Notes: generated by a model from the letters alone, not told the origin. Numbered from the stretch's first letter, positions 1 through 12,407 are shown. The stretch: DNA of 64,000 bases from Lama glama (GCA_028534125.1 CM052817.1:13766001-13830000), one strand, 5' to 3'. Numbers and translations are program-made.

Positions 1-394
1 GACATTAAATACATAATTTATAAATATATATTGGATTTTCTCTTGGTATGTTCTTTTCTCACTTAGAATAACTTTAATTTAAAAAGAAGAGACAATTTTT
101 AATCGTTTAGTAAAGCCTCCTACAGTTTTTACTTTGTGCAATAAATAAATAGCTATGAAACCTGATTGGAAAATCTTATGATCAGGAATGAATGAGGGCC
201 CTCAAAGGGATGCTCTTACTACACACCTGGCCAGTTTCAAGAACAAACAGCCATGATTCAAAGCTGAACAAACAATGTGACAAAGTGACATGCTTTCCAC
301 AAAGCTTTTGTCATTTTCCATTTAGGCATAAATCTCCAAGTGCCTCAAAATTAAAACAAAACAACACACAATTCTACCAAAAAACAAAAAGCAT

Positions 395-985
395 GTCTTA
401 AAAAGTTAAGCATGGATTTAACATATGACCACTATGACTCAACAATTTCACTCCTGGGTATCTTCTCTAAAGAAATGAAGACACATGCCCACAGCAAGAC
501 TTGTATGCAAACGTTCACAGAAGCTTTTTCATAATGGCCAAAAAGCAGAAACACCGAGCTACCCATCAGCAGGTGAGCAGACAAAAATGTCTTCTATCTA
601 CACAAGGGAACATTACTTAACAATAAAAAGAGCAAAATCTTGATACATGTTACAACACAAATGAACCTCAAGAACATTATGTTCAACGAAAGAAGGCAGA
701 AGAAAAGACTGCATATTTGTATGATTCCATTTATATGAAATGTCCATCAAAAGAGCAAATACATAGAGACAGAAAGTAGATTCCTGGTTGCTTAGACCTG
801 AGGAAGGTGGAGGAATGGACAGGAACCAAATACACATGAGGTTTCTTTTGTAGCTGATAAAAAGTTCTAATACTAGTCTATAGTGATAACTAGGTAAATT
901 TAATAAAATCTATTGAATTATACACTTAAATGTATGAATTTTATAGTATAGTATACAAATTATATCTCAGGAAAGCTACTGAAAG
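395..985 (+). mobile_element. Old L1 (L1MB/L1MC-like) ORF2 end plus 3' UTR fragment
   Basis: Typical L1M text: 'aacaatttcactcctgggtatc...aaagaaatgaagacacatgcccacagcaagacttgtatgcaaacgttcacag', 'atgattccatttatatgaaatgtcca', ending 'tatatctcaggaaagct'. Confidence 0.85.
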
Positions 986-1178
986 CATATAGTATAAACA
1001 ATCATTAAACTAACATTACTATGGTTATTGAAAATCTGTAATCTGTGTATAACTCAGATCACAGAGAGAGGTGGCTTAGAAATAGAAACTGTGGTTTAAG
1101 TTTATGCTCATCTTTAAGTGACCAAAGTTTGTTCCTTTTTAACGATGTTTGATAAAAGAAGATGTATCCAAAACTAAG

Positions 1179-1270
1179 CAGGAGAGTATAGCTCAGTGGT
1201 AGAGCACATGCTTAGCATGCATGAGGTCCTGGGTTCAATCATCAGTAGCTCCAATTAAAATGAAAAAGAG
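1179..1270 (+). mobile_element. tRNA-Ala-derived SINE (camelid vic-1-like)
   Basis: 'ggagagtatagctcagtggtagagcacatgcttagcatgcatgaggtcctgggttcaatc' closely follows tRNA-Ala(AGC), with A and B boxes. The 3' stem is degenerate and is followed by an A-rich tail. Possible TSD aaaactaag/aaagctaag. Confidence 0.85.
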
Positions 1271-1754
1271 ATAGAAGAAAGCTAAGGGAGGTAGAAAGAT
1301 GGGAGTGCAAAAGAAGGCCAGGGCCAGGGGGTTCAAGTGGACCTAATTCACAAAAATGAGCCTGTTGCAGACCATCGTTTGCAGACCATTGCCTTTATAT
1401 ACCCTCATGGATTGGAATTAGAAAATCTCTCCAGAAGAGAGGTTGACAAAGGATAATGTAATACAATATAGAGTTTTTGGCATTTGGTTTTTAAAACTAA
1501 TGTGTGTAGCATTTGTAGAATATAAGAAAGAAACGTTCACCTGTATCTCATTATTTCACATGCTGCATTTGCTAAGGCAGAAATTTGAATTGGCTCTGCT
1601 GATTGACAGATAATAGATGTTCAATAAACATCTGTTGTATAGATGGAAGAATAAAAGAACTATTGTACTATCTATAAACTGAAATATTAAATATCCATGA
1701 TCTATCATCATCTAAGGGCAATAGGGCATGGACTATGTGTGAGAGTAAGTTTGG

Positions 1755-1915
1755 AGGAAAAGCAGGTTTGGAGTATGGAGTGGGAGCTAATGAGGCCAGT
1801 CTTGGACATACTGAATTTAAGAGGACCTCACCCCACTGAATTGGAGTTGTCCAGCATGCAACTCAATATAGGATTCTGGACTGACAATACACATTTGGAA
1901 GTTTTCAGTGTAGTT
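1755..1915 (-). mobile_element. L2 fragment
   Basis: 'cagtcttggacatactgaatttaagaggacct...acacatttggaagttttcagtgtag' resembles antisense L2. Confidence 0.6.
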
Positions 1916-2454
1916 TAACTCAAGAGGGTTCTGTGACTTCCTAATCAATAATAAATTGATTTCTTTTAAGTGATACACAAAATATTCCCGGGTCGTTAGT
2001 TCAATTTTTGGCTCTGATTTTAAATCTGAATAAAAGCCTACTAAAATCTTCAAGCATATTGCACTTTCTTTGAGAACAATAGTGGCTGTAAACAAAGCTG
2101 CCTTTGTTGGCTCAGAGAATATTTGCTGTTCTCTCCAATTACCTTAAACCATGCGAAAGTCCCTCTGAGACAGAGACTCACCCTGCAGTTATTAATTTCT
2201 CTTTCTAATCTCACTTTGTTATCTTTCTACAATATATTCCTTGTAAAGTATCAGCAATCTGAAAAACCTGAGTCAATCAATCCACAGATGAACTAATAGG
2301 AAAAAAGAAAAACAGTGTAACAATTTTCCTTTATTAAATATTTATTTTTATTCAGTATAAATTTGCTCATTGCTGCAGTACAGCATTTGAAGACTCATTT
2401 TATTTGTAGGGCTATTAAAATATTATCAAACAGGTGTAGACAGATTATGAGGAG

Positions 2455-2645
2455 ACAGAACCATGGTTTGGAGTCATGTGAACTTTGACTTAAATAACAG
2501 CTTTTCCATTTTACTAGCTTTATGATCTTGAGCAAATTACATAATTTCTCTGAGATTCAGTTCCTTCATCCATAAAATGTAAATACATTTATGTTCCCAG
2601 AGGGATTTGGTGAGAGCTGCATGAGGTAATACATACAAACCCAAG
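2455..2645 (+). mobile_element. MIR SINE
   Basis: MIR core 'tatgatcttgagcaaattacataatttctctgagattcagttccttcatccataaaatg'. Confidence 0.8.
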
Positions 2646-3109
2646 CAAGCTGGTTGCTGACTTTATCCTCAGTAGATAGCGGACAGGATAATTATGGGGG
2701 TTTCTCTTAATTACCCCACTGTTTTTCATATCTAATGAGGTCTTAAATCAGATAAGACATAATTCAGATGCATTTCCCACAAAATTTCAATGTAGCCAAG
2801 TTTTTCTGGAGCAGCTTGAAATGTGTTGTTTCCCTCCAGTCTTCCCTCCTTTTGATCTCAGCTGCTTTTAGAAATCACTGCTTACTTCTTTGAAACTACT
2901 CTTTTCTGAAGTAAGCAAGCAGTTATATTTTTCAGGAACAATATGTAAGGAAAACAGATGATAGTGTTCATATCTCTATATTGTTGTGTAAAATATACAA
3001 ATTCATCAATTATGGAAGACACCAAACATCCTGTATCCTAATGAGGTCTTCCAGATGTAGTTCCAGGTCTACTATTAAGTATGCAGTTTGGGGTCAAATA
3101 TGAATCATA

Positions 3110-3585
3110 TTATATATATGTCACATCTTCTTTATCCATTCATCCATTAGTGGGCATTTAGGTTGCTTCCATATCTTGGCTACTGTAAAGAATGCTGTGA
3201 TGAACACAGGGGTGAATCTTTTCAAAAGATATATGCTCTATGCTCTTTGGATACATACCCAAAGAGCTATATGGCTATAAAAACATTTGGAATTTTGCCA
3301 TGTGCAACAACATGGGTAGACTTTGAGGGTATTATGCCAAGAGATACGGGTCAGAAGAAGAGAGTATGATTTCACTAATTTGTAGAATATAAAAAAAAAA
3401 TAAGTAAACAAATCAAACAAAACCAAAACAAACAGATGTAGAGAACAGAGCAGTGGTCATCAGAGGAGAAGGGCCAAGGGGCAGCACACTGAACAGTACA
3501 TGGAAGTAGATACATAATGTTATACACATGAAATCTACATAATATTATAAACCAACGCTACCTCAATAAAAAATAAATAAAAAAA
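3110..3585 (+). mobile_element. 5'-truncated, 5'-inverted L1 insertion
   Basis: About 3110-3262 is antisense L1 ORF2 end ('cacatcttctttatccattcatcc...ttaggttgcttccatatcttggc'). About 3266-3585 is the sense continuation ('ttgccatgtgcaacaacatgg...'), ending 'cctcaataaa' plus an A-rich tail. Confidence 0.8.
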
Positions 3586-4699
3586 TTTGACATCTATTAT
3601 TTTAGCTCCATCTCTGAAGTAAAGTAATCAGATTAGAATTTAGGTCTCCAGGAGTTTTGTTGGTTTTTGCTGTTTTTAAATGAGAATTTCAGATTTGGGG
3701 CTTTTATTTTGATGATTGTGCCAAAAAATAAATAAAATCGTAATCTGCATCATCAGGATGACCACTTGAATTTGGTCGTCTGATTTCAATCTTTATGATC
3801 ACCTTGGTAATACCAGTTTACTTGGGGGCTGGTAGGCTGGAGAGAAGCAGACATACATGAATAATGCGGCCATAACAAGGAAGCTTAAACATCATCACAG
3901 CTCACTGTACCACTGAAGGCTGACTGGAGTTTGGGAGGAGAAAATGACAGAAGAATTGAGTTAATACACGACCTATGGCAACAAACATGTCAGACTTGAA
4001 CCTGCTCTTGGTAGTCAGTACTATAACCTTCTGTCACATCAATGCCAGTTATTTCAGATTTCTCTGGCCTTGTAGTTTTGCTTAAAGCATTTCATCTATA
4101 AATGAGTTTCAGGCTTTTGGTTGCTTAAGATCTGTAAACATAAAGAGTTTTGTTTTCTCTCTGTACTAATTTAAACAAGATTTTAACAAATATAGTTTCA
4201 TAGATGATATTCTAGAGAATTTTCTCCTTTACAAGTAGGCTTGTACTTTACTGAAGTTTCAGAAACACTGAACTAAAAATTTCTAAGATCCCTTTCATCT
4301 CTAAGTAGCAGTTCCTTATGAGGGGGCTGATTTTCTTGCCTTTTTCTCAGTAACTCACAAAAGACCCTTGGGAACCACATGAGCTTGTTCTCTTGTGCCC
4401 ACTGCCTCGTATCGTGTTGGTGCCACTGTAGATACCGGCACTGATTTAAAAATACAGGGCAAATGTTAGAAAATGCCAGAAAAAAATGTTATAAGATGCT
4501 AAGAATATAATTAAGAACATTTATTAATATTATTAATTAATATTATTAAATACATACTAGAAACTCCTGATAATGCGTGTAATACCCCATGGCCTCACAG
4601 CTCTTAGGCTTCACACACACCCTGCCCTCTTTCTGCATAGTGAGCTCTCTTGTTCAAGAGAGCTCAATAGTAACCTTTTCTGCAAAGACGTCTTTGTGC

Positions 4700-4930
4700 T
4701 CCCCCGCCTCCCATGTAAACCTCAGGATCAACTTCTCTTTGCTTCACAAACTTGTATCATCATAGCAGCACCCATCATAGCATCTTACCTGTGTCCTTTC
4801 CATGTTGTCTCTGTCACTTTTTTATGAGACTCCTCATGGCAAGGATGGTGCCCTGTAACTACCTTCCTTCCGTTATCTGACGATGTTATGCACACAGCAA
4901 TGTCCAATAAATGTTAGTTCACAAAATGAA
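4700..4930 (+). mobile_element. L2 3' end fragment
   Basis: 'gagactcctcatggcaaggatgg...cacacagcaatgtccaataaatgttagttcacaaaatgaa' resembles the L2 3' terminus. Confidence 0.55.
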
Positions 4931-5029
4931 ATACAACCTCATCTTAAAAAGTTATTTGCTACTGCTTCCAATATAACTTGCCCCGTTGAAATGGATGTAA
5001 CTTAGTCATTTACTCGTTGTGGCACCGGG

Positions 5030-5205
5030 GAAGGAGCTCACACTGTGAAGCCCAGTGAACAGATCTGACATTTAATTCCATATCTAACACATTTTAATTG
5101 TGTGACCTGAAGCTAACTCCTCCCTGTTCTGAGCCTCAAGTATGTCATCTCTAAATTGGGAGCAATAGTTATACACCTTGCAAGTTTGTTTTGAAAGTTA
5201 AGGGG
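5030..5205 (+). mobile_element. MIR SINE
   Basis: 'ttgtgtgacctgaagctaactcctccctgttctgagcctcaagtatgtcatctctaaattgggagcaatag'. Confidence 0.75.
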
Positions 5206-5576
5206 AATTATTAACATATTTTCATTTCTTTACACAATGCACATCATAGAACAAAGTAATTACAATGAAACGTTAGGTTTTTTTGCCCCTTTGAGTCTGA
5301 TGGGCTTTTTGTGTTAAAATGATTCCAACCATCAGAATTTTCAAATGGCTCTAATTTGCTAGTATCTTAGTAACTGCTACGGAGAGGTAGTATCTTGATT
5401 TATTAATCGATTCTGATTTTCATTCCCAGCATTTCAATATCCCTAGATGTTTCCCTGCTTTCAGCGGCAGCCAGACAAGAGACAACATAGGAGAAAGAGA
5501 GGACAAAAGGAATGATCCTTGGCTTTGAGTTTCAAATAGCTAGTCTCCAGCATAGACGAAAGATTTAGCAGAATAT

Positions 5577-6330
5577 GTGATTGGAGGAATGTTTACCTGC
5601 ACTCCACTCCCATTCGCCTACAAGGTCAAGATTCCATAGGGCTGAATTCAAAGGTGGGGAGGTAAGGGGGACAGTATAAATCCCAGACAGGTCTAAGGAA
5701 TGAGGTATGGGGGGATGTGACCTCACCTTCAAGTAAAATTCAGGGAATCAGCACTCCCCTGGGGTTCTCCTCGTTTGGCACAAGTGGGGACAGAAAAAAG
5801 CTCCTGCCAGGGGTTACCTATGGACTGCTCAGAATCAGTCTCTCAGCTTCCAGATTCTGAGGCACCAGAGGAGTTCCATGAAGCCTAAAAGGGACTGAGA
5901 ATGGGTTTATGATAGCCCGCCAGGGGTTCAGGAGCTGCAGGCTACTTCCTGTGTACCTGCAGTTATGGGGTGGGGTGGGGTGGCTCAGGAAACCACAGAC
6001 AAGAAGAGGTCTTATAGGCAGGAGTGAGGTGTGACAGTGCAGACAGTGCAGACAGGTGGTGAAGACCCAGACAGGATCCACACGCCCACCCTATACCCAC
6101 AAGCCCCCACCAGGTCCTTGCACTATATAAGGTCCATGAGAAAGGAAAGAGAGGAGGGAACATGCCAATTCAATGGAATCACATTTCTGATACATAGTGG
6201 AATGAAGGATTGAAACAGAAATAAAGTTTCCTACATAAAACAAAGTAAAAACAAACAACAACAAAGCTCTCTCTCTCTTTCTTTCTATCCACCCATCTGT
6301 CTGCAGTTGTGATGGACTGAGAATCATCAG
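5577..6330 (+). mobile_element. Putative ancient solo LTR (family not identified)
   Basis: GC-richer block starting TG, with TATATAA near 6124, AATAAA near 6220 and ending near CA. No family recognised. Confidence 0.3.
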
Positions 6331-7770
6331 GAAATTAAGCTTGTAGTACAGTTTAAGATGCTAGCTATCTTTTAGGATGGGAGTGGAAAGTATAAAATAA
6401 ACTAGGACAAAAGCAGGTACTAGAGGGATCTGAAGATCCACATCCTTTAAAATCTTGCCCTGACTACCTGTGAACTTTCTACACTATTGGACTTTGGGGT
6501 TTTAATCCTACAACATCACGTGAGCATTCCAATGCAGAAGCAAGACTGGGTCCACGGGTCCACTGCTCCCCACTTTGCTTGTGGACAAAGGTGGAGGTGA
6601 TACACAGTGGGCCAGGAATGGGAGGTCCAGACTTCCAATATCTTCTGAGTAAGGAGAAGCATTTGTGCCACTTTAGAAGCAGCAGTACATGAAGATAGAC
6701 TGCCTGCCACATGAAGAAGAAGGGAGAGAAGGTTTTGTTTATAATCAAGAGATCTCAAGTTATAAATCAATGTTGTGATTCTTGATTCTGACTGTCTGCT
6801 GGCGAATGGTTCCTGAATCGCTGAGGTTTGAATCACAGCCACCTGAACTTCACCAGGCCTGCGTCTCCTTCTCAGTCATCGAGAGAAACTAAGACTGCCT
6901 CCCAGTCCCCTAAACACAACCTGTGACTATTGGCCTCAGATTAATTAGGAAAACAGGAAAGGGAAGCTCATCTCCACATTCATCTGGCCCCGAGGGGGTG
7001 GTATAAATTTTCTTCCTCTTCTTTCCTTTTGCTCTAACAGCCATGGAAGAAAAACAGTCTCATCCCACTGATATCAAAATAGTTGCTCTGCTACCATTTT
7101 TGAGATCTGAGTGTGTCTGCTTTCTAATGTGTCCCAGGTTGTAAGCCCTTCTATACTTTATGCTGTTCTGTAAATGCTACCAATACTTAAAACATACAAA
7201 TAGGATTTTTGACAAGTTTGACAATATCTATTCCACTGAGTCCAAACTCAAGGGAAATATGTATCTGATCGTGTACAGAGGAGTTGCAAAAGGATGGTGG
7301 GAAATGAGGCTCACTGACTCCACGTGGAGATGAGGAGCGCTACAGGTGACAACAGCACAATCTAGTTCCACGTAGGACCCCCAAGAAACAGGCTCTTTCC
7401 GCAACAGTGACAAAGAAAATCTCATCAAGCTGGATTTCACACAGACGCGGGGCTGTAATTCAGCCGAGGCAAACAGCAGGGAAAGTCATTTCCTTGCCTG
7501 CTTCAGCTGACAAAATGATTCCTCTTTTCTTGTTTATGGTTTGACTTTTCTCTTTTGAAGGCTGAGTGAAATATAAAGGACAGATTCAATCTATTTTGGA
7601 AGAAAGGGGAAGATGTACTCAATGGAAAAGACTGGAAGAAACACTTCAGTTAGCTTCTCTGGGGCCTAAGCTGGGCTCAAGGATCTAAGATCACAGTTTA
7701 CTCTACTTTTGGGGGAGAAATTGATCAACATGTCTCCTTTAAGTGCTGAAAACAATTACATGGTTCCAGC

Positions 7771-8270
7771 NNNNNNNNNNNNNNNNNNNNNNNNNNNNNN
7801 NNNNNNNNNNNNNNNNNNNNNNNNNNNNNNNNNNNNNNNNNNNNNNNNNNNNNNNNNNNNNNNNNNNNNNNNNNNNNNNNNNNNNNNNNNNNNNNNNNNN
7901 NNNNNNNNNNNNNNNNNNNNNNNNNNNNNNNNNNNNNNNNNNNNNNNNNNNNNNNNNNNNNNNNNNNNNNNNNNNNNNNNNNNNNNNNNNNNNNNNNNNN
8001 NNNNNNNNNNNNNNNNNNNNNNNNNNNNNNNNNNNNNNNNNNNNNNNNNNNNNNNNNNNNNNNNNNNNNNNNNNNNNNNNNNNNNNNNNNNNNNNNNNNN
8101 NNNNNNNNNNNNNNNNNNNNNNNNNNNNNNNNNNNNNNNNNNNNNNNNNNNNNNNNNNNNNNNNNNNNNNNNNNNNNNNNNNNNNNNNNNNNNNNNNNNN
8201 NNNNNNNNNNNNNNNNNNNNNNNNNNNNNNNNNNNNNNNNNNNNNNNNNNNNNNNNNNNNNNNNNNNNNN
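7771..8270. other. Assembly gap (500 N)
   Basis: Exactly 500 consecutive N. Confidence 1.
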
Positions 8271-8789
8271 TGGACATGGCAGTATTTTGGCTTTTCAGTG
8301 TGGGTTTTTGTCCCTATTTACGCAGGAAACCAGGTACATTAAGAACTTAACCAATTTTGCTTTTCTCCTCTGGGATTTTCCAAGTGTACTATGGCCCAAC
8401 ATTTAAGTCTATCCTCATCTGCCCCATGCATGCCCACCCCATCAAGAACAGAAATGAACTCACAAACAAAATCACTCAGTTGTTTTTGGTCAGTTTAAAT
8501 AAAGTTTTCAACTGAATTATCAACAAATAAAATTTTCATCTTCCTAGACCAAATCATTAGAAGATTTGAGACCCAATTAAATTGTTCCTACATCAGTGAT
8601 GCCTTCCATAGGCTCACTTTCACATCTTTCTTTCTTTTTCTCATAGCACATGATTTTATCTTCATAGCTGCATAAAATATAATCCTGCTCAGTATTATAA
8701 TTATCTAAGTATTTCCTTATATTTTATTAGCTCTGTATTTTCATAAGGCTTAATGATAATAGAATAATAATATCATTATGATTGATTAA

Positions 8790-9000
8790 AATAATAGTAA
8801 AGCTAATACACAACTTATTATGTGCCAAGAACAGGACAAGAATTTTCATGTATTATCTCCCTTAACCCTCTCTAAATCCTTTGAGGTAGATTCTATTCCC
8901 TTCACCACTTCACAGATGAGAAAACGGAGGCTCAGGCATATTAAGCAACTTGCTCAGTTATTGGTAGCATTGCTGGGATTTAAACTAGGAAGCCTCATTC
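8790..9000 (-). mobile_element. MIR SINE
   Basis: 'cacttcacagatgagaaaacggaggctcaggcatattaagcaacttgctcag' is the antisense MIR core. Confidence 0.85.
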
Positions 9001-9004
9001 TAGA

Positions 9005-9180
9005 GCAGCAACTTTCAACTTTGGCTAGACCCTGGAATCACCTGAGGAGTTTTAACTGCCCTGGGCCCCTCCCCCAGAGTTTCTGATTTACTGATAGGAG
9101 GTATAGCTGAGGCAGAAAGATTTTTTTTTTCATCTCCCTAGGTGACTCTAATATGCCCCTGAGCATATAAGTACCACTTT
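9005..9180. mobile_element. MER5-type hAT-Charlie MITE
   Basis: 'ggaatcacctgaggagtttt...gggcccctcccccagagtttctgattta...ccctaggtgactctaatatgc'. Confidence 0.75.
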
Positions 9181-10009
9181 ACAGACCAAGTTATTAACCA
9201 TAATTAGGTAATAAATGAGTTAATGGGCAATCTAATGCATTATCTCCTTAGGATCCATTTTTTAACATATGGACTGAAAGTTCAATTTACATAAAAATAA
9301 CAATAACATTTAATTGGCCACTTAGAGAAAATAATGATACCGATTTTGTCAAAATTGATTTACCCTGATGAGACCACTTGCCAAAGAGTTAATGCGATTT
9401 CCCAGAGAGAGGCAGTGAATGGATTCCGTAAATGACCATCTCCATCCGACTTACCCTTTCATGTGGACAGAGACTGCACTTGGGAAGCTATGGAGCGCAT
9501 CCAACCAACTTAAGCTGTTCACACGGGCTCCTTTGTCCATTTCTTTGTTTTGTGTTCCCGAGTTCCCTCACCCTGTTCTCCTTAATGTGTCGCCCCTGCT
9601 TGCCTTGTGTTTGCTGCAGAGTGGGCAACCACTGCACTTTAAGCAATTAGCACTCAGATTAAGCAACAGGAGGTTTATTGCCTTCTCCGGAGCCAAATAT
9701 TTTCTATTAGTCACAGTCAACTCAAAGATACAGATAAAAGACCCTAGACAAAGCTAAAAATACCAGTCAACTACCAATTTGCTATGTGTTAGTCACTAAA
9801 CTGACAGTATAAAATGACTAAGAGAAATTTCTCAAGAGCTAATAACCTTGGAGATAGGACATGCAGACAAATGGGGCAGGATGAGTTGCGAAGTTTTAAC
9901 TTGCTTATTAATGTGTATGTGTGGCTCTCTCAATGTGTGTGATTCAATCTGATTGTGCTAAAGCTTGAGGACCACTGCCTTCTTCACCTAGTTCGACGTG
10001 CTCCTCATA

Positions 10010-10445
10010 AGGCTGCGAAACTGAATACATAAACAGACGATGGCTAGACCATGCATGACAATGAAGCTCTGTCCCTCAGATAATGCAGCAACCAATACAG
10101 GCAGCCAAAAACCAACCTCTGCAGAAATCAACCTAGAACAGACAGGACCTGGACAATTACTGTCAGCTTCCCTAACTACTGTCTTTGCTTCCAACTCAAA
10201 ACCAACCAGAATGAAGCTAAACACGCTTCTCGAACCAGTTGCAGAAGATACCTCGCTTCTAGTTAGCCCACTTCTAACTTTCCCATGCCGACAGCCTCCA
10301 ACCAGAGCACATTTGAAGCTTTCCCCTTTTTACTACAAAGCTTTCCCACTCATTTGCCTGCTGCTGAGTGACTGTCAAACACAAGTAGTGATGGGTGACT
10401 CTTTTGATATAGCAGGGTCTGAATAAATGACCTCTATTTGTTCTT
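10010..10445 (+). mobile_element. ERV1-class solo LTR (MER-group; subfamily uncertain)
   Basis: 'gcagcaaccaatacaggcagccaaaaaccaacctctgcag...cagcttccctaac...gcttccaactca...cgcttctagttagcccac', with AATAAA at ~10422. Confidence 0.7.
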
Positions 10446-11944
10446 AGTCTTTGTTTCCAGAGTAAGGGTGGGCAGGGGTGTATTGGAATTTTGAGCCCAT
10501 CCTGTCCAGGCAGGTGAGCCTCCTTGTATGTGTTTCCTTACAGTCCCCTTGCCTCCCCCTTAAGACACCTTTAGGGAGGTGGCAGGCACAATGACAGAAA
10601 GGGTGACTGGAACCTGCATTCAACCCAGAAAGATCAACCCACAGAAGCAAAGACATGACCTGCCTGTGTCACAGTAGTGTTTGAGTAAGAATCTTAGACC
10701 TCAGCCTCAGTCTCAAAAGAGGGATGAAATTATGAATTTAATCACCTTTGTGAAAATAAGAAAAATCACACCATCAACGGAATTTACCTGGAAATTATGT
10801 TTTTGTTTTTAACATCAGACAGAATGAGGGTTCAAGACAGGAATCAGGTTCAGTTAAGGGAAAATAAAGTTATATTGTGGTCCAGTTCAGTATCTGACTG
10901 GTGCTAACTTGAGTTGGCTTCTCGGAAGTTTGGAGGAGAGAGCACATTTGCTCTGACTGAGGGAGGATCTCTGAGCCTCACTCGTGGAAGAGGCAGCATC
11001 TTGAATGACAATGGTGAGAAGCATTTTGATTTGAGAACTTCAGTCTCCCTATAAGCCCCAGAGCCGCTGGCACAAATGCCTTACTGAAATTAAACACATA
11101 GGGTAAGATATAGGCAACGCAGAAGTCGGCACAGCGACCATATGCCCATCCCTCCCCTGGCTGAACCAGCTGGGTGGGTGGGAAGACGCTGTAGTGCACC
11201 CCCTAGTCATGTCACAAGAACCATCTCGCCAACCAACCAGACATCAGTTCACTCATCACTTCCTAGATGTGACAATGAGGTTCTTTTGAATTTCTCCAAT
11301 TTGTAAATAAGTGTCTGAGTGGTTAAAAAAAGGCATAACCACACACCAAGAGAAACTATTTCTTATTAAGGCTGAATATTTAATTTTAAAAATGTCTTTT
11401 CCTACTAGCCAACCTACATTTCTTAACAAGAAACTAGGTCTTTTATTGAATTCACTGTCCCTCTTTGTTTCCAAAACTGGTATTTTTAAGATTTTTTTTC
11501 TTTTTTCTAGAAGAATGTAGCAAAATTAGCACAAAGTAATTAGCAGGTTTAGTTAGAATTTAGAAACTGAGAGGCAAACGAAATTAAAGTTGGGGTAAAT
11601 TAATTAGTAAAAGGTGCTAGAGTAGTGTGTGCTCGTTAATTAAGTGTTGATATTCAGTGTGTCAGCACTGACAATCCAACACTTCGTGTGGTTTAGAAAC
11701 ACAGAGGAGGAAAGGCTGACACCGAGGGGAGCAGAACGGGAAGGTGTTGAGTGGGGCGTGAACCCCGCAGGAGGGAGGAAGCAGCAGCCATCTCTGGGAT
11801 CCCTCCAGCCTTTCCGATTGCTTTCCTTGAGAGAAGGAACCTAGGTGGCCATAGGGTGGGAGTTCGTCCCATTTCTAGACTTTGGCAAATCTGTGCGTGG
11901 GAGCCTGAGATGCCAACATCCAGTATAAGAGGCTATAAGAGGCT

Positions 11945-12230
11945 ATCTTAGTCTGTTTGGGCTCTAGCACAAAATACAAAATAGGAAGTGGCTTATATAC
12001 AACAGATATGTATTTCTCACAGTTCTGGAGGCTGGAAACCTGAGATCAGGATCCCAGCGCTGTTGGGGTCTAGTGAAGGCTTTCTTCCAGGTCACTTGTC
12101 TGCATCTTGAGATAAACCTGGTACTCAGAACAGAGCTATGTGGAAGACGGGGAGGAAGGAGGGAAGTTGAGAAGGGAACACAGGCGAAGAGAAGCTACAG
12201 CACACCATCTGGGTCCTTCTTACTCTATGC
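11945..12230 (-). mobile_element. MLT1A/B-like MaLR LTR fragment
   Basis: 'tatcttagtctgtttgggct...tatttctcacagttctggaggctggaaacctgagatcagg'. Confidence 0.8.
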
Positions 12231-12407
12231 TGACTTTGGGGAATCAGGATGACAATGGAAGTTGGGGCTACCTGCCACTGATTCCAGTTTCTACCTCTGG
12301 CACCTTAGAGATGGGGCACTTTGGGTGAAAGAATTTTTCTCTTCGGATTATTTTAACACTGTGTTCAATACTTACTGTTGGCTTTTGTGTAAAATATATA
12401 TTCTTTT

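Noticed and set aside
1181..1253. Functional tRNA-Ala gene
   Set aside because: The T-stem and acceptor 3' side are degenerate, and an A-rich tail replaces a T-run terminator, so this is a SINE.
2732..3050. 13-bp direct repeat ctaatgaggtctt at 2732 and 3038, considered as a TSD
   Set aside because: The intervening sequence has no element hallmarks, and one such nearby match is plausible by chance in 64 kb.
4520..4552. Imperfect AT-only palindrome
   Set aside because: Low-complexity sequence; too short to imply function.
7709..8350. Long ORFs of 173-213 aa, and 35759-36313
   Set aside because: Artefacts of translating N gaps.
10040..10426. 128-aa ORF
   Set aside because: Lies entirely within an LTR; no recognisable protein similarity.
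11192..11212. CTCF-like TGACTAGGGGGTGC (minus)
   Set aside because: Lacks the conserved CC at the start of the core.
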